Origin: Rhodospirillales bacterium
GTDB lineage: Bacteria; Pseudomonadota; Alphaproteobacteria; SP197
Assembly: GCA_014323865.1 (NCBI GenBank)
Contig: JACONG010000006.1
Location: forward strand, 89,255-153,254
Reading direction: 5' to 3'
Length of the DNA stretch: 64,000 bases
The notes under the pieces are model-generated. The model ran no database searches. It was not told where the DNA came from and was given only the letters and a program-made list of their open reading frames with translations. Positions 42,766 through 54,590 of this stretch are shown here, one piece after another; the first letter of the stretch is position 1; every line of letters begins with the position of its first letter. A program made the translations under genes and the position numbers.

Positions 42766-43468
42766 GGGTGTTAAACTCCTTGATAGCCGCGTCGAGGTCG
42801 GCCCGGCCGAAGTCGGGCCAGAGCACCGGTGCGAAAATGAGCTCCGCATAGGCACACTGCCAGACCAGAAAGTTACTCAGACGCTGCTCGCCGCTGGTTC
42901 GGATCATCAGATCCGGATCAGGAATGCCGGCGGTGTCAAGACGCTGGGTTACGGCGTCTTCATCGATGGCATCGGCCTTGATGTGACCGTCCGCGCAATC
43001 GGCAGCGAGGCTTCGTGCGGCACGCACCAGTTCATCCCGTCCGCCGTAGTTCAGCGCAACATGCACCGAAAGCGCGTCGCCATCGGCTGTCTCGCGCTCG
43101 GCATTGGCCATGATCTCCCTGATGTCAGGCGCCAGACCCGTCTGGTCCCCGACGAAATCCAGACGAATACGGCGTCCCCTAATATGGGAAATCTCCTTAT
43201 TCAGATAGAAGCGGAGCAGACCCATGAGATCGTCGACCTCGGCCTCGGGCCGCCGCCAGTTCTCGGACGAAAACGCAAACAGCGTGAGGTGCCCGATGCC
43301 ATGGTCGATGCAGGCCCGCAGCGTGCGCCGAACCGCTTCCGCCCCCGCCTGGTGCCCCGCGGTACGGGGCAGACCGCGCAGACGCGCCCAGCGTCCATTG
43401 CCATCCATGATGATGGCAACGTGATCAAGCGGCCTTGATTCGGGCCTGGTTTCCTCAGCGGTGACCAC
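42731..43468 (-). CDS. uppS: Undecaprenyl diphosphate synthase (isoprenyl transferase)
   Basis: HVAIIMDGNGRWA and FSSENW motifs. Confidence 0.93.
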   Translation of the reverse strand: MVTAEETRPESRPLDHVAIIMDGNGRWARLRGLPRTAGHQAGAEAVRRTLRACIDHGIGHLTLFAFSSENWRRPEAEVDDLMGLLRFYLNKEISHIRGRRIRLDFVGDQTGLAPDIREIMANAERETADGDALSVHVALNYGGRDELVRAARSLAADCADGHIKADAIDEDAVTQRLDTAGIPDPDLMIRTSGEQRLSNFLVWQCAYAELIFAPVLWPDFGRADLDAAIKEFNTRDRRYGAVAVS

Positions 43469-43477
43469 GAGCTGCTG

Positions 43478-44035
43478 TCAGATCTGCATGATCTCGGCCT
43501 GCTTGGCCTCGAGAGCCTCGTCGACCTTGGCGACCTCGGCATCGGTCAGCTTCTGGACCTCGTCGGACCGCTTGTGCTGTTGGTCCTGCGAGATCTCGCC
43601 GTCTTTTTCCATCTTCTTGAGCGAATCCATGCCGTCGCGCCGGACGTTGCGGATCGCGACCTTGGCCTGCTCGGCATACTTGCCCGCAACGCGCGCGAGC
43701 TCGGCGCGGCGCTCCTCGTCGAGCATCGGGATCGGGATTCGCATCAGCTGCCCGTCGGTCTGCGGATTGAGATCGAGGCCGGCATCACGAATGGCCTTCT
43801 CGACCGCCTTCACCATGCCCTTGTCCCAGACCTGGACCGTCAACAGACGTGCTTCGGGAGTCGCCACACTGCCGACCTGGTTGACCGGCATCTGGCTGCC
43901 GTAGGCGTCGACCATGACGGGGTCGAGCAGGCTGACCGAGGCGCGACCGGTGCGCAGGCCGCCGAATTCGCTCTTGAGAACCTCCACCGCGCCTTCCATG
44001 CGGCGCTTCAGGTCCTGCATGAGTGCATCAGCCAT
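43478..44035 (-). CDS. frr: Ribosome recycling factor
   Basis: [24 protein letters not shown].... GAAGGAGAAG SD. The ATG at 44035 overlaps the pyrH 3' end by 8 nt. Confidence 0.95.
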   Translation of the reverse strand: MADALMQDLKRRMEGAVEVLKSEFGGLRTGRASVSLLDPVMVDAYGSQMPVNQVGSVATPEARLLTVQVWDKGMVKAVEKAIRDAGLDLNPQTDGQLMRIPIPMLDEERRAELARVAGKYAEQAKVAIRNVRRDGMDSLKKMEKDGEISQDQQHKRSDEVQKLTDAEVAKVDEALEAKQAEIMQI

Positions 44036-44759
44036 GATCTTCTCCTTCGGTGATGAGAGTGAAACGGCCCTCTCCGGTGAGTGCTTCCGCGAGCGCGCCC
44101 TGTTTGTGCAGCGAGAATACCAAGACCGGCAGGCCATTGTCGCGCGCCAGCGAGATGGCCGCGGCATCCATGACCCTGAGATTCCGTGCCAAGATTTCCG
44201 TGTAGGTCAGATAATCATAACGTACGGCATTGGGATCGGTCTTGGGGTCGGCGGAGTAGACGCCGTCCACCTGCGTGGCTTTCACGAAGGCATCGCAGCC
44301 CATCTCGACGGCTCGCAGGGCAGCGGCGGTGTCGGTCGTGAAAAATGGGTTGCCCGTACCAGCGGCGAAGATGACAGCGCGGCCACGTTCGAGGTGGGCG
44401 ACGGCACGCGGCTGGACATAGGGCTCACAGACCGTCGGCATCGGGATTGCGGACTGCACACGGGCTTCGAGCCCGGCCTGCTTCAAGGCGCTTTCAAGAG
44501 CCAGCGCGTTGATGACGGTGGCCAGCATACCCATGTAGTCGGCCGTCGCGCGCTCCATGCCTTGCGCGGCGCCTGCGACGCCACGAAAGATGTTGCCGCC
44601 GCCGACCACAAGGCAGAGTTCGGCTCCGAGACTGGCTGCAGCCGTGATGTCGGCAGCTATCCGGTCCATCTGCGCCGGGTCGACGCCGTAGGACCGTTCG
44701 CCCATCAGCGCTTCGCCCGACACCTTGACCAGCACACGCTTGTAACGCAGCGATGCCAT
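44028..44759 (-). CDS. pyrH: UMP kinase
   Basis: [13 protein letters not shown] motif. Start trimmed to the ATG at 44759. Confidence 0.95.
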   Translation of the reverse strand: MASLRYKRVLVKVSGEALMGERSYGVDPAQMDRIAADITAAASLGAELCLVVGGGNIFRGVAGAAQGMERATADYMGMLATVINALALESALKQAGLEARVQSAIPMPTVCEPYVQPRAVAHLERGRAVIFAAGTGNPFFTTDTAAALRAVEMGCDAFVKATQVDGVYSADPKTDPNAVRYDYLTYTEILARNLRVMDAAAISLARDNGLPVLVFSLHKQGALAEALTGEGRFTLITEGEDHG

Positions 44760-44804
44760 CTGCTCTGCCCCGATCCCGGTTTCCCGTTGTTGTGCCCTAA
44801 CCAA

Positions 44805-44841
44805 TCCAAACAACATCGGCCCGCCTCGCAATAGGCGGGCC
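44805..44841 (-). terminator. Probable rho-independent terminator or attenuator after tsf
   Basis: On the minus strand: GGCCCGCC, an 8-nt loop, GGCGGGCC (8-bp GC stem, 44818-44841), then GATGTTGTTTGG. It lies between the tsf stop (44873) and the pyrH start (44759). Confidence 0.55.
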
Positions 44842-44872
44842 GTTGATAACCTTCCGGCGACCTATCCTGTTC

Positions 44873-45808
44873 TCAGGAACCGCTCACCGCCGCGGCGACC
44901 TCGGCCGCAAAATCCTCCTCCTTCTTCTCGATGCCCTCGCCCAAGCCGAAGCGCACGAAACCGGCGATCGAAACCGGCGCGCCGACGTCGCCCGCAGCCT
45001 GCTCGACGACCTTGCCAACTTGCGTCTCGCCATCGATGACAAAGACCTGCTCGGTGAGGACAACCTCCTGATAATACTTGCGAATCCTGCCCTCAACCAT
45101 CTTCTCGGTGATGTTCTCCGGCTTGCCCGACTCGCGCGCCTGCTCGATCAGCACCGAACGCTCGCGCTCAATGAGCTCGGGATCGAGACCGGCGACCGAA
45201 ACGGCCTCGGGCTTGGTCGCAGCAACATGCATGGCGACCTGCTTGCCAAGCTCGGCGAGCTTGCCGGCGTCACTCTCTGACTCAAGCGCCACCAGCACGG
45301 CAATCTTGCCCATGCCCGGCGCCGCGGCCGAGTGCACGTAGCCCGTGACCATACCGTTGCTGACCGACAGCGACGCCGTGCGGCGAAGCCGCAGGTTCTC
45401 GCCGACCGTGGCGACGAGATTGGTCAGCTTGTCCTGCACTGTGACGTCCGAATCCGGATAGGCCATGCACGACAGTGTCGCGAGATCGCTGTTCGCCTTG
45501 AGCGAGAGTTGTGCGCAACTGCCGACGAATGCCTGGAAGGTCTCGTTCCGTGCCACGAAATCTGTCTCGGCGTTGACCTCCACGACAGCACCGGTCTTGC
45601 CGTCGGCCGACATCGCCATGCCGACGAGGCCGTCGGCGGCCACACGGCCAGCCTTCTTCTGCGCGGCCGCAAGGCCCTTGGTGCGCAGCCAATCGACGGC
45701 GGCTTCCATGTCGCCACTGTTTTCGGCCAGCGCCTTCTTGCAATCCATCATGCCCGCGCCTGACTTCTCGCGCAGTTCCTTGACCATCGTTGCTGTAATC
45801 TCAACCAT
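44873..45808 (-). CDS. tsf: Elongation factor Ts
   Basis: [25 protein letters not shown]-terminus. Confidence 0.95.
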   Translation of the reverse strand: MVEITATMVKELREKSGAGMMDCKKALAENSGDMEAAVDWLRTKGLAAAQKKAGRVAADGLVGMAMSADGKTGAVVEVNAETDFVARNETFQAFVGSCAQLSLKANSDLATLSCMAYPDSDVTVQDKLTNLVATVGENLRLRRTASLSVSNGMVTGYVHSAAAPGMGKIAVLVALESESDAGKLAELGKQVAMHVAATKPEAVSVAGLDPELIERERSVLIEQARESGKPENITEKMVEGRIRKYYQEVVLTEQVFVIDGETQVGKVVEQAAGDVGAPVSIAGFVRFGLGEGIEKKEEDFAAEVAAAVSGS

Positions 45809-45868
45809 ACTTCCTGTTCTCCGCTATGGGGTTGGAAACATCCCCACCTTTGCCCGACCGTACCGCGG

Positions 45869-46654
45869 TCAGTCGCCTGCTGCTTTCTGTTCCTCGGCAG
45901 CCGGTTCGGCCAGTGCGGCCTCCTGGACGTCTTCCTGCTCACCGAGATCCTGCCCCGAGGCGGCCAGTTCGGCCTGTATGCCATCAAGTGCGGCCCCCGA
46001 GATCAGATCGCAATAGAGCGAGACGGCGCGGATGGCGTCGTCGTTGCCGGGGATCACGTAGTCGATGCCCTCTGGATCGCTGTTCGAGTCGACAATGGCG
46101 ATGATCGGAATGCCGAGCTTGTTCGCTTCGGCAATCGCGATGTCTTCCTTGTTCGTGTCGATGATGAAGAGCATATCCGGCAGACCGGCCATATCCTTGA
46201 TGCCACCAAGCGCGCGTTCCAGCTTGTCACGCTCGCGCGTCATGCGGAGGATTTCCTTCTTGGTTAGGCCCGTGGTGTCCTCGCTAAGACGCTCCTCAAG
46301 CTCACGCAGACGTCGGATCGAGTTCGACACGGTCTTCCAGTTCGTCAGCATGCCGCCGAGCCAGCGGTGGTTGACGAAATACTGACCGCAGCGTCGCGCG
46401 GAATCCGCGACTGGCTCCTGCGCCTGGCGCTTCGTGCCGACGAACAACACACGGCCGCCGGCGGCGACCACGTCGCGCACCTGCTGCAGCGCGTGGCGCA
46501 ACAGCGGAACGGTCTGCTGAAGATCAATGATGTGAACGTCGTTGCGCTCACCGAAGATGAACGGCTGCATCTTCGGGTTCCAGCGCCGGGTCTGGTGACC
46601 GAAATGAACGCCCGCTTCCAAGAGCTGACGCATAGTAAACTGCGGCATCGCCAT
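45869..46654 (-). CDS. rpsB: 30S ribosomal protein S2
   Basis: [22 protein letters not shown] motif. AAGGAG SD upstream. Confidence 0.95.
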   Translation of the reverse strand: MAMPQFTMRQLLEAGVHFGHQTRRWNPKMQPFIFGERNDVHIIDLQQTVPLLRHALQQVRDVVAAGGRVLFVGTKRQAQEPVADSARRCGQYFVNHRWLGGMLTNWKTVSNSIRRLRELEERLSEDTTGLTKKEILRMTRERDKLERALGGIKDMAGLPDMLFIIDTNKEDIAIAEANKLGIPIIAIVDSNSDPEGIDYVIPGNDDAIRAVSLYCDLISGAALDGIQAELAASGQDLGEQEDVQEAALAEPAAEEQKAAGD

Positions 46655-46804
46655 TGATGTCGTCTCCTTCTCCGGTTAGTCCTCCGCGAACAGAACCGGC
46701 ATAGGCCGGCACCGGACGGCGAGGACGCAGAACGTCCCGGAGCCTGTGGTCCGCGTGTGGGTTTGAGATTGCGAGTGAATCTTTAGAGTACGCCGACTGC
46801 AGTT

Positions 46805-49800
46805 TCAAGCGTCATGGGCGCTTCGGTGCGCAGCGCCGGATAACGACGACGACGCACCCCCGACCGATTCGACCCCCGGGAGAGACTCGATCTGAGCCCT
46901 CAGACCGGGCGACAGCGCAAACCGACCCGGCAGAGCGATCGACACACGCTCGCCCCCGCTACGATCAAAGACCAGGGTCATTGTTCCCCTGCCCCGCTCC
47001 GCGCGCTCGAGAATCTGACGCAAGCGATTGGTGTTCACCTCGGCGGTCACCTGGATCTGGAAACCGGAGCAGGTGCGCGCGGCTGCATCATTCAAGGCGT
47101 CGATCCTGCGGGCGGAGAACTTCACGGTTTCGCCGTCGACCCGGGCGTCCGCCTCGATCAGGAGCGGGCTCTGGGCATCGAGTAGCTCGCGTGAGGCGCT
47201 TAGCACTTCGAAGAACAGGACGATCTCGTGGCTGCCGGAGAAATCGGAGACCACGGCGAAGGCAAAGCGGTTGCCACTGCCGCTCGACCGTTCCCGCCGA
47301 CTGACGGGCACGGCGGCGAGCTTGAAGACTGAGGCGCCGGAGCTGACGGCCGCCGCCTCGGCTTCGGCAAAACTGACAACGCCGAGCTGATTGAGCGCAT
47401 CACGGTAGGGTTCGAGCGGATGGGCGGTCAGATGGAAACCAATCGCCTCGAACTCCTCCTTGAGGGCATCGGCGGAAATCCAGGGCTCCGTGGCGGCGAG
47501 AACCGGCAGCGATATATCAGGCTTGCCGCTCGCGCCGCCGAACAGGCTCTCCTGCCGGCTGTCGCGCTCTTCGGCCACCACCGCATTGTAGCGCACCAGA
47601 AGATCGACGTTCTCGATGACCTGCGCACGATTCATTTCCAGTGCATCGAAAGCGCCGCCGCGGGCCAGGTTTTCGAGCTGGCGCTTGATCATGACCTTCT
47701 GGTCGAGCCGTTCCGCAAAGTCGAAAAGGTTTTCGAAGGCGCCGTTCTCCCGGCGTTCGGCGACAAGGTCCTCCATGGCCTGGGCGCCGACGTTCTTGAC
47801 CGCCGCCAAAGCATAACGCACCGCCGCCGGCACGCCCTCGGGCCGTTCAACGGTGAAGGCGACGCCGGAGCGGTTCACATCCGGCGGCAGCAGCGGAATC
47901 TCCTTCCGGTCGAGTTCCTGCTTGAAGATGCTGAGCTTGTCGGTGTTGCCCATGTCGAGCGTCATCGAGGCGGCGAGGAACTCGACGGGGTGGTTCGCCT
48001 TCAGCCACGCCGTCTGGTAGGCGACGATGGCATAGGCCGCCGCATGACTCTTGTTGAAGCCGTAGCCTGCGAACTTGTCGACGAGATCAAAGATGTAACT
48101 CGCCTTCTGGTCGTCGACACCCCGTTCGACAGCGCCAGAGACGAACCGCTCGCGCTGCGCTGCCATCTCGGCCTTGATCTTCTTGCCCATCGCCCTGCGC
48201 AGGAGATCGGCTTCGCCCAGGCTGTAACCCGCCAAGATCTGGGCAATCTGCATCACTTGCTCTTGGTAGATGATGACGCCGTAGGTCTCCTTTAGCACAG
48301 GCTCGAGCCTGGGATGGAGGTAGTCAACCTCCTCGCGGCCGTGCTTGCGGTTGCAGAAGAGCGGGATGTTCTCCATCGGACCCGGCCGGTAGAGCGAAAC
48401 CAGCGCGATGATGTCCTCGATCGAGTCGGGCAAAAGCTGGCGCAGCGCATCGCGCATGCCCTGGCCTTCCAACTGGAACACACCCACGGTCTCCGCACGC
48501 CCCAGCATATCGAAGGTCGCCCGGTCGTCGAGCGGCAGCTGGTCGAGTTGGATGTTGTCCCCATTCTCCGCCAGCAACTCGACCGCGCGCTGCAGCACGG
48601 TCAGGGTCTTGAGGCCCAGGAAGTCGAACTTCATGAGACCGGCCTTCTCAACGTCTTTCATGTGGAATTGCGAGACCGGCATTTCCGAACGCGGATCACG
48701 ATAGAGCGGGATCAGCTGCTGCAACGGACGGTCGCCGATGACCACACCCGCGGCGTGGGTGCTGGCGTGGCGATAGAGCCCTTCAAGCTTGAGCGCGGTG
48801 TCGATCAGATGGGCGACCTCAGGCTCGGACTGCGCTTCCTGCAACGACTCCTCGCTGTCGAGCGCCTGTTGCAGCGAGATCTGGTTGGCCGGGTTGACCG
48901 GGACAAGCTTGGCCAGCCGGTCAACCTGGCCGTAGGGCATTTCAAGTACGCGGCCGACGTCACGCACCACCGCGCGGGCCTGGAGCGTTCCGAAAGTGAT
49001 GATCTGGGCCACCTTGTCATGGCCATAGCGGTCCTGGACGTAGGAGATGACCTCGTCGCGTCGGTCTTGGCAGAAGTCGACGTCGAAGTCCGGCATCGAC
49101 ACACGTTCGGGATTGAGGAAACGCTCGAACAGCAATCCGAAGCGAATCGGATCAAGATCGGTGATCGTCAGCGCCCAAGCGACGACCGAACCGGCGCCCG
49201 AACCGCGGCCCGGCCCCACAGGGATGCCCTGCTGTTTGGCCCACTTGATGAAGTCGGCAACGATCAGGAAGTAGCCGGGAAACTCCATCTTCACGATGAT
49301 CCCGAGCTCGAAGTCGAGCCGTTCCCAATACTCTTCGCCGACACGTTTACGCTCGTCCTCGTCCATCTCGGCGGAGAAGACATGCCGTTCCAGCCGCTCC
49401 TGAAGCCCTTCGGCCGCCTGACGGCGCAACTCGTCCTCTTCGGTGGCACCATTCCCGGAGGGATAGGGCGGTAGGATTGGCTTGCGCTTGGGCGACATCA
49501 CGGCACAGCGCTGCGCGATCACCAGCGTGTTGGCGATGGCTTCGGGCAGGTCGGCAAAAAGGTCGACCATCTCCTCGGCCGTCTTGAAATAGTGATGCTG
49601 CGAAACCCGGCGCCGGTCCTGGCGATTTACAGTGGTGCCGCCGGCAATGCACATCAGGGCGTCGTGCGCCTCGTGCATGGCGGCATCGGTGAACATAACG
49701 TCGTTCGTCGCAACGAGCGGCAGATTGTGGAGGTAGGCCAGATCGATCAGATCCGCCTCGATCTGGTGTTCCTCGGGCATGTCGTGCCGCTGGATCTCGA

Positions 49801-50305
49801 CATAGAGACGGCCAGCAAACAGGCCTGAAAAACGTTGGATCAGCGCCTTGGCCTCGACCGCACTGCCCTCAAGCAGACGGCGCGCGATGGGTCCCAGCAC
49901 GCCTCCGGTCAGACAGATGAGGCCGTCCGTGCGTCCCTCAAGATCGTCGATCGGAATGCTGGCGATGTCGCCTGGTTCGGACTCGATGAAGGACTTGCTG
50001 ACGAGATCGAGTAGATTGGCATAGCCGGTTTCGTTCTGAGCCAGCAGGACGACCCGCTCGGCCTCCTCCGGATCGCGCGACATGCGCTCGTCGTAGCGAA
50101 TTGCGAGCAGCGTGCCGATGATCGGCTGAATACCCTTGCCCGCGCAGGCGTCGGAGAACTCCAGAACGCCGAACATGTTGCCCGTGTCCGAGATCGCCAT
50201 GGCCGGCATGCCGTTCTCGGCGCAGAGATCCACCAGCTTGGGGATCTTCACGGCCCCTTCGAGTAGCGAATACGGCGAATGGACACGGAGGTGGACGAAG
50301 CTCAT
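46805..50305 (-). CDS. dnaE: DNA polymerase III alpha subunit
   Basis: PHP domain MSFVHLRVHSPYSLLEGA, GSGAGS, and a full-length pol III alpha pattern. ATG at 50305. Confidence 0.95.
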   Translation of the reverse strand: MSFVHLRVHSPYSLLEGAVKIPKLVDLCAENGMPAMAISDTGNMFGVLEFSDACAGKGIQPIIGTLLAIRYDERMSRDPEEAERVVLLAQNETGYANLLDLVSKSFIESEPGDIASIPIDDLEGRTDGLICLTGGVLGPIARRLLEGSAVEAKALIQRFSGLFAGRLYVEIQRHDMPEEHQIEADLIDLAYLHNLPLVATNDVMFTDAAMHEAHDALMCIAGGTTVNRQDRRRVSQHHYFKTAEEMVDLFADLPEAIANTLVIAQRCAVMSPKRKPILPPYPSGNGATEEDELRRQAAEGLQERLERHVFSAEMDEDERKRVGEEYWERLDFELGIIVKMEFPGYFLIVADFIKWAKQQGIPVGPGRGSGAGSVVAWALTITDLDPIRFGLLFERFLNPERVSMPDFDVDFCQDRRDEVISYVQDRYGHDKVAQIITFGTLQARAVVRDVGRVLEMPYGQVDRLAKLVPVNPANQISLQQALDSEESLQEAQSEPEVAHLIDTALKLEGLYRHASTHAAGVVIGDRPLQQLIPLYRDPRSEMPVSQFHMKDVEKAGLMKFDFLGLKTLTVLQRAVELLAENGDNIQLDQLPLDDRATFDMLGRAETVGVFQLEGQGMRDALRQLLPDSIEDIIALVSLYRPGPMENIPLFCNRKHGREEVDYLHPRLEPVLKETYGVIIYQEQVMQIAQILAGYSLGEADLLRRAMGKKIKAEMAAQRERFVSGAVERGVDDQKASYIFDLVDKFAGYGFNKSHAAAYAIVAYQTAWLKANHPVEFLAASMTLDMGNTDKLSIFKQELDRKEIPLLPPDVNRSGVAFTVERPEGVPAAVRYALAAVKNVGAQAMEDLVAERRENGAFENLFDFAERLDQKVMIKRQLENLARGGAFDALEMNRAQVIENVDLLVRYNAVVAEERDSRQESLFGGASGKPDISLPVLAATEPWISADALKEEFEAIGFHLTAHPLEPYRDALNQLGVVSFAEAEAAAVSSGASVFKLAAVPVSRRERSSGSGNRFAFAVVSDFSGSHEIVLFFEVLSASRELLDAQSPLLIEADARVDGETVKFSARRIDALNDAAARTCSGFQIQVTAEVNTNRLRQILERAERGRGTMTLVFDRSGGERVSIALPGRFALSPGLRAQIESLPGVESVGGASSSLSGAAHRSAHDA

Positions 50306-50380
50306 GGCGCAGCATTCCACAAGATCGGGTCGGGCTCACGCGAGCCGGATACCGCCCGTTGTAAATGTCGTGGATAAGGT

Positions 50381-51061
50381 TCAGACCTCGATGAGGTGGC
50401 CATCTTCCATGCGGACAATGCGGTCCATGCGCTCGGCAAGCGGCATGTTGTGGGTCGCCACGAGCGCGGCGAGCCCCCTGCCCCGTACCTCTCCGGTGAG
50501 CTGCACCATAACCTCCTCGGCGGTCTCGGGATCGAGATTGCCGGTGGGTTCGTCGGCCAGCAGGACGTCTGGTTCGTTGGCCAGTGCACGGGCAATCGCC
50601 ACGCGCTGCTGTTCGCCGCCCGACAGCCGTGCGGGCCGGTGATCGAGCCGGTCGGCCAGCCCCAGACCGTCGAGCAGATTGGTGGCCCGCTTGCGGGCTG
50701 CGCGACGGCCCTTGCCGGCGATCATCTGCGGCAGGACGACGTTCTCCAGCGCCGAGAACTCGGGCAGCAAATGATGGAACTGATAGACAAAGCCCAGGTA
50801 GCGGCGACGCAGGGCGGTGCGGCTGCTGTCGTTGCGCGCATTACACACCTCACCGGCCAGCACGATCTCGCCGCCATCGGCAGCTTCGAGCAGGCCCGCG
50901 ATATAGAGTAATGTAGACTTGCCCGCGCCGGAGGGGCCCACCAGCGCGACGATTTCACCCCTGTTCAGCGTCATCGACGCCCCCTTGAGCACATCAAGGG
51001 GGCGCTCGCCCTGAACGAAGGTGCGCCGGACGTTGCGCAACTCGAGGGCCACATCACTCAT
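50381..51061 (-). CDS. lolD: Lipoprotein-releasing ABC transporter ATP-binding protein
   Basis: Walker [10 protein letters not shown] and the signature [15 protein letters not shown]. The ATG at 51061 overlaps the lolE 3' end by 8 nt. Confidence 0.9.
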   Translation of the reverse strand: MSDVALELRNVRRTFVQGERPLDVLKGASMTLNRGEIVALVGPSGAGKSTLLYIAGLLEAADGGEIVLAGEVCNARNDSSRTALRRRYLGFVYQFHHLLPEFSALENVVLPQMIAGKGRRAARKRATNLLDGLGLADRLDHRPARLSGGEQQRVAIARALANEPDVLLADEPTGNLDPETAEEVMVQLTGEVRGRGLAALVATHNMPLAERMDRIVRMEDGHLIEV

Positions 51062-52310
51062 AACGTAGTGCCTCGGCCGGCTCGACACGGGCGGCGCGCC
51101 AGGCCGGATAGAGCGCGGCCAGGAACGTCAATCCAAGCGCCAGGCCGACGATGGTCGCGACCTCGGTCCAGTCGATCTTCGCCGGTAACTGGGATAGGAA
51201 ATAGATCTCGGCAGGGAACAGCCGAGCGCCGAGGACGAACTGCACGAACTGCCTGATCTCCTCAACGTGGATGCAGAACAGTACCCCGAGCACGAATCCG
51301 AGAATGGTGCCGGCGACGCCGATGCAGGCGCCGGTCAGCAGGAAGATGCGCATCACGCTGCCGCGTGAGGCGCCCATGGTGCGGACGATAGCGATGTCGC
51401 CGTTCTTGTCCTTCACCAGCATGATCAGGCTGGAGATGATGTTGAAGGCGGCAACCAGAATGATCAGCGTGAGGATCAGGAACATGACATTCCGCTCGAC
51501 CTGAAGCGCGCCGTAGAGGTGGCTGTTGGTACGCTGCCAGTCCGCGATCCTGAGCCCCTGGGTGCCGCGCTCCAGCGCGATCTGGAAGGCCGCGTCGCGG
51601 GCGTCGCCGGGGTCCTCGGGCTCGGCCACCATGATCTCAATCTGGGTGACGGTCTCAGGCTTGCGGAAGTAGACCTGCGCCTGGTCGAGCGGCATGTAGA
51701 TGATGCCCGCGTCGAACTCGAACATGCCGACCTCGAAGGCACCGATCACCGGATAAGACACTGAGCGCGGGATGGTGCCGAAAGCCGTGGGTACGCCCTG
51801 GGGCGAGATCAGATTGATCTGATCGCCGTAGTTGAGGCCGAGGCGATGCATCAGGCGTGTGCCCACAATGACCCCGGGCTCCTGCCCAAAGTCCGCGACA
51901 TCACCGATCTTCACATTCTCGGCCACCAGCTTCTGCCGCAGGAGGTCTTCGGGCCGAACACCGCGCACAATCACGCCCGACTGACCGTAGGGCGAGGTTG
52001 CCAGCACCTGCCCCTCGATCAGCGGCATGACGAGGATCGAGTCCGGGACGGCTTCGAGATCGGCCGCGAACGTCGGGTAATCGGCGATGCCATCGGACGC
52101 TCCGATGATCGTGATGTGGCCGTTGAACCCGAGGATGCGGCCGATGAGCTCGTGGCGGAAACCGTTCATCACCGACATCACGATGATCAGCGCTGCGACC
52201 CCGAGGCAGATCCCCAGCAGCGAAAAGCCGGCCGTGACCGAAATGAAACCTTCCTGACGCCGGGAGCGCAGGTAGCGGAAGGCAACAGCGCGCTCGAACG
52301 CTGAGATCAC
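51054..52310 (-). CDS. lolE: Lipoprotein-releasing ABC transporter permease (LolC/E family)
   Basis: FtsX-like permease with 4 TM segments and a large periplasmic loop. The GTG at 52310 overlaps the proS stop (GTGA). Confidence 0.88.
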   Translation of the reverse strand: MISAFERAVAFRYLRSRRQEGFISVTAGFSLLGICLGVAALIIVMSVMNGFRHELIGRILGFNGHITIIGASDGIADYPTFAADLEAVPDSILVMPLIEGQVLATSPYGQSGVIVRGVRPEDLLRQKLVAENVKIGDVADFGQEPGVIVGTRLMHRLGLNYGDQINLISPQGVPTAFGTIPRSVSYPVIGAFEVGMFEFDAGIIYMPLDQAQVYFRKPETVTQIEIMVAEPEDPGDARDAAFQIALERGTQGLRIADWQRTNSHLYGALQVERNVMFLILTLIILVAAFNIISSLIMLVKDKNGDIAIVRTMGASRGSVMRIFLLTGACIGVAGTILGFVLGVLFCIHVEEIRQFVQFVLGARLFPAEIYFLSQLPAKIDWTEVATIVGLALGLTFLAALYPAWRAARVEPAEALRYE

Positions 52311-53629
52311 GCGTCTTTGTCGATGATGCGCTGGAGTGCGACGTCCATGCCGAGCTCCTGCTTGTCGCCCCTGGCGCGACGCTTCAGTTCTATGGTGCCG
52401 GCCTTCACGCCCCTCGGCCCGACCGTGAGCTGCCAGGGCAGTCCTATCAGATCCATGTCGGCAAACTTTACGCCCGCCCGCTCCTCACGGTCGTCGTAGA
52501 GCACCTCAATGCCCGTTGCGCACAGTTTGTCGTAAAGATCGGCGGCCACTGCGTCGCAATCGGAATCGCCCGACTTCAGGTTGATCAAGCCGACATCGAA
52601 CGGCGCCACCTCGTCGGGCCAGATGATGCCGGCGTCGTCGTGGCTCGCCTCGATGATCGCGCCGGCCAGGCGCGACACCCCGATGCCGTACGAGCCGCCG
52701 TGAATCAGGCGACGCTCGCCGTCGGACATGGTCACGGCGCACCCAAGCGGTTCGGAGTACTTGGTGCCGAAGTAGAAGATGTGGCCGACCTCGATGCCGC
52801 GCGCCTCGACCAGGTCGTCGCCGGACACCGGGCAGTTGGCGGGGTCGTGCTTCTCATCGGTCGCGGCATAGAGCGATGCCCAGCTCTGGACCAGCGGCTC
52901 CAGGTCGGCATCGAAATCGACGTCGTCAGCGCGGGAATCCATCTCCAGCAAGCGTCGGTCAGCATAGACGGCCGACTCGCCGGTGTCGGCCAAGATGACA
53001 AACTCGTGGCTCAGATCCCCCCCGATCGGCCCGGAATCGGCCTTCATCGGGATCGCCTTGATGCCCATGCGCGCATAGGTCCGTAGATAGGCGACGAACA
53101 TGATGTTGTAGGAGCGTTTGGCCGACTCGAAGTCGAGATCAAAGCTGTAGCCGTCCTTCATCAGGAACTCGCGGCCGCGCATCACACCAAAGCGCGGTCT
53201 GATCTCGTCCCGGAACTTCCACTGGATGTGATAGAGGTTCTTCGGGAAATCGCGGTAGCTGAGGATGTCGTCGCGCACAATCTGGGTGATCTGCTCCTCG
53301 TTCGTGGGTCCGTAGAGCATGTCGCGGTCGTGGCGATCGGTGATGCGCAGCATCTCGGGGCCATAGGCGTCGTAACGCCCGCTTTCGCGCCACAGGTCGG
53401 CGAGCTGCAGCGTCGGCATCAGGACGGCCTGCGCACCAGCCGCGGTCATCTCTTCGTGGATGATGTTCTCGATCTTGCGCAATACGCGGAAGCCCAGCGG
53501 CAGCCAGGAATAGATCCCGGCACTGGCCTGACGGATCAGACCGGACCGCAGCATCAGGCGATGGGAGACGATCTGCGCCTCAGCCGGCGTCTCCTTGAGC
53601 GTAGGCAGGAAGTAGCGGGATAATCGCAT
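52307..53629 (-). CDS. proS: Proline--tRNA ligase (short form without an INS editing domain)
   Basis: [28 protein letters not shown], class II motifs and 440 aa. Confidence 0.95.
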   Translation of the reverse strand: MRLSRYFLPTLKETPAEAQIVSHRLMLRSGLIRQASAGIYSWLPLGFRVLRKIENIIHEEMTAAGAQAVLMPTLQLADLWRESGRYDAYGPEMLRITDRHDRDMLYGPTNEEQITQIVRDDILSYRDFPKNLYHIQWKFRDEIRPRFGVMRGREFLMKDGYSFDLDFESAKRSYNIMFVAYLRTYARMGIKAIPMKADSGPIGGDLSHEFVILADTGESAVYADRRLLEMDSRADDVDFDADLEPLVQSWASLYAATDEKHDPANCPVSGDDLVEARGIEVGHIFYFGTKYSEPLGCAVTMSDGERRLIHGGSYGIGVSRLAGAIIEASHDDAGIIWPDEVAPFDVGLINLKSGDSDCDAVAADLYDKLCATGIEVLYDDREERAGVKFADMDLIGLPWQLTVGPRGVKAGTIELKRRARGDKQELGMDVALQRIIDKDA

Positions 53630-53753
53630 CGGATCGGCATCACATGGTTGAATGGGCGGGCAACCTAGAGTGGTTAGGGCCCGCGCGAAACAGCCGATTG
53701 GCAGGGGCCTGTCGCCGTCGTTTCATTCGGGCTCCCTCTCCGTCGAGGCGGAT

Positions 53754-54317
53754 CTAGGGTCGCTCGACGTGATCGAGCCCGGCTTCAAGCCAGGGCGGAT
53801 TGGAGCCCATGACTCGGGCGAAAACAGGGCAGCGCGCCGTATGCGCACCGGGCAGATAGCCGGTCGACAGCAGGAACTCCTCGACGACCAGTGGCCCGGT
53901 GAAAACGAAGGTCTTGCGGAAAAGTTTCGTCCATTCCTCGTGCGGGCGGGGATGGTGTGCTTTAAGCCAGGTATCGAAGCTGCCGTGGGAATGGCGCAGC
54001 GTGATGATCCGGCGGGCGTTCTCGATCGCCGCCTCGACCTTCTTGCGGTTTCGGATGATCCCTGCATCCGAGAGCAACCGTGCCTCGTCGAGCGAGCCGA
54101 AGACGGCAACCTTGTAGACGTCGAAATTGGCGTAGGCGGCGCGGAGGTTGTCCCGCTTGCGCAGGATCGTGGCCCAGCTCAATCCGGCCTGATTGATCTC
54201 GAGAACCAGCCGCTCGAACAACGCGTCCTCATCAGTGACGGGAAAGCCGTACTCGGTGTCGTGATAGGACGCATGAACCGGATCGCCCGGTGCCGTGCTG
54301 CAGTACGCCTGACTCAT
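53754..54317 (-). CDS. tag: DNA-3-methyladenine glycosylase I
   Basis: YHDTEYGFPV, LEINQAGLSW and IIRNRKK motifs. Its ATG overlaps the DUF1467 stop (ATGA). Confidence 0.9.
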   Translation of the reverse strand: MSQAYCSTAPGDPVHASYHDTEYGFPVTDEDALFERLVLEINQAGLSWATILRKRDNLRAAYANFDVYKVAVFGSLDEARLLSDAGIIRNRKKVEAAIENARRIITLRHSHGSFDTWLKAHHPRPHEEWTKLFRKTFVFTGPLVVEEFLLSTGYLPGAHTARCPVFARVMGSNPPWLEAGLDHVERP

Positions 54318-54586
54318 GGCAGTTCCCCCCTACGAAGCGACTCACCGAAGAATAACGCACCGATGTCGACAACGCCCTGATCATCAGCCAGCCAGCCACC
54401 TCCCACGATAACGATGGCAATCACCGTGGTCACGGCGACCTTGCCCCAGAGCATCGGGTTGACCGGCGCGCCAGGGTCGTGGCCGGCCTCGGGGTTCTCG
54501 TTGCGGCGGACACCATGGGGAAGCACCGCAAAGAACGTGACCCACCAGACGATGGTGAAGACGACGATCAGTCCGAAGACGGACAC
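54314..54586 (-). CDS. DUF1467-family small membrane protein
   Basis: Two TM segments (VFGLIVVFTIVWWVTFFAVLP; VAVTTVIAIVIVGGGWL). The GTG at 54586 lies 4 nt after the mce stop. This is the conserved neighbour of mce in alphaproteobacteria. Confidence 0.7.
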   Translation of the reverse strand: MSVFGLIVVFTIVWWVTFFAVLPHGVRRNENPEAGHDPGAPVNPMLWGKVAVTTVIAIVIVGGGWLADDQGVVDIGALFFGESLRRGELP

Positions 54587-54590
54587 GGAT

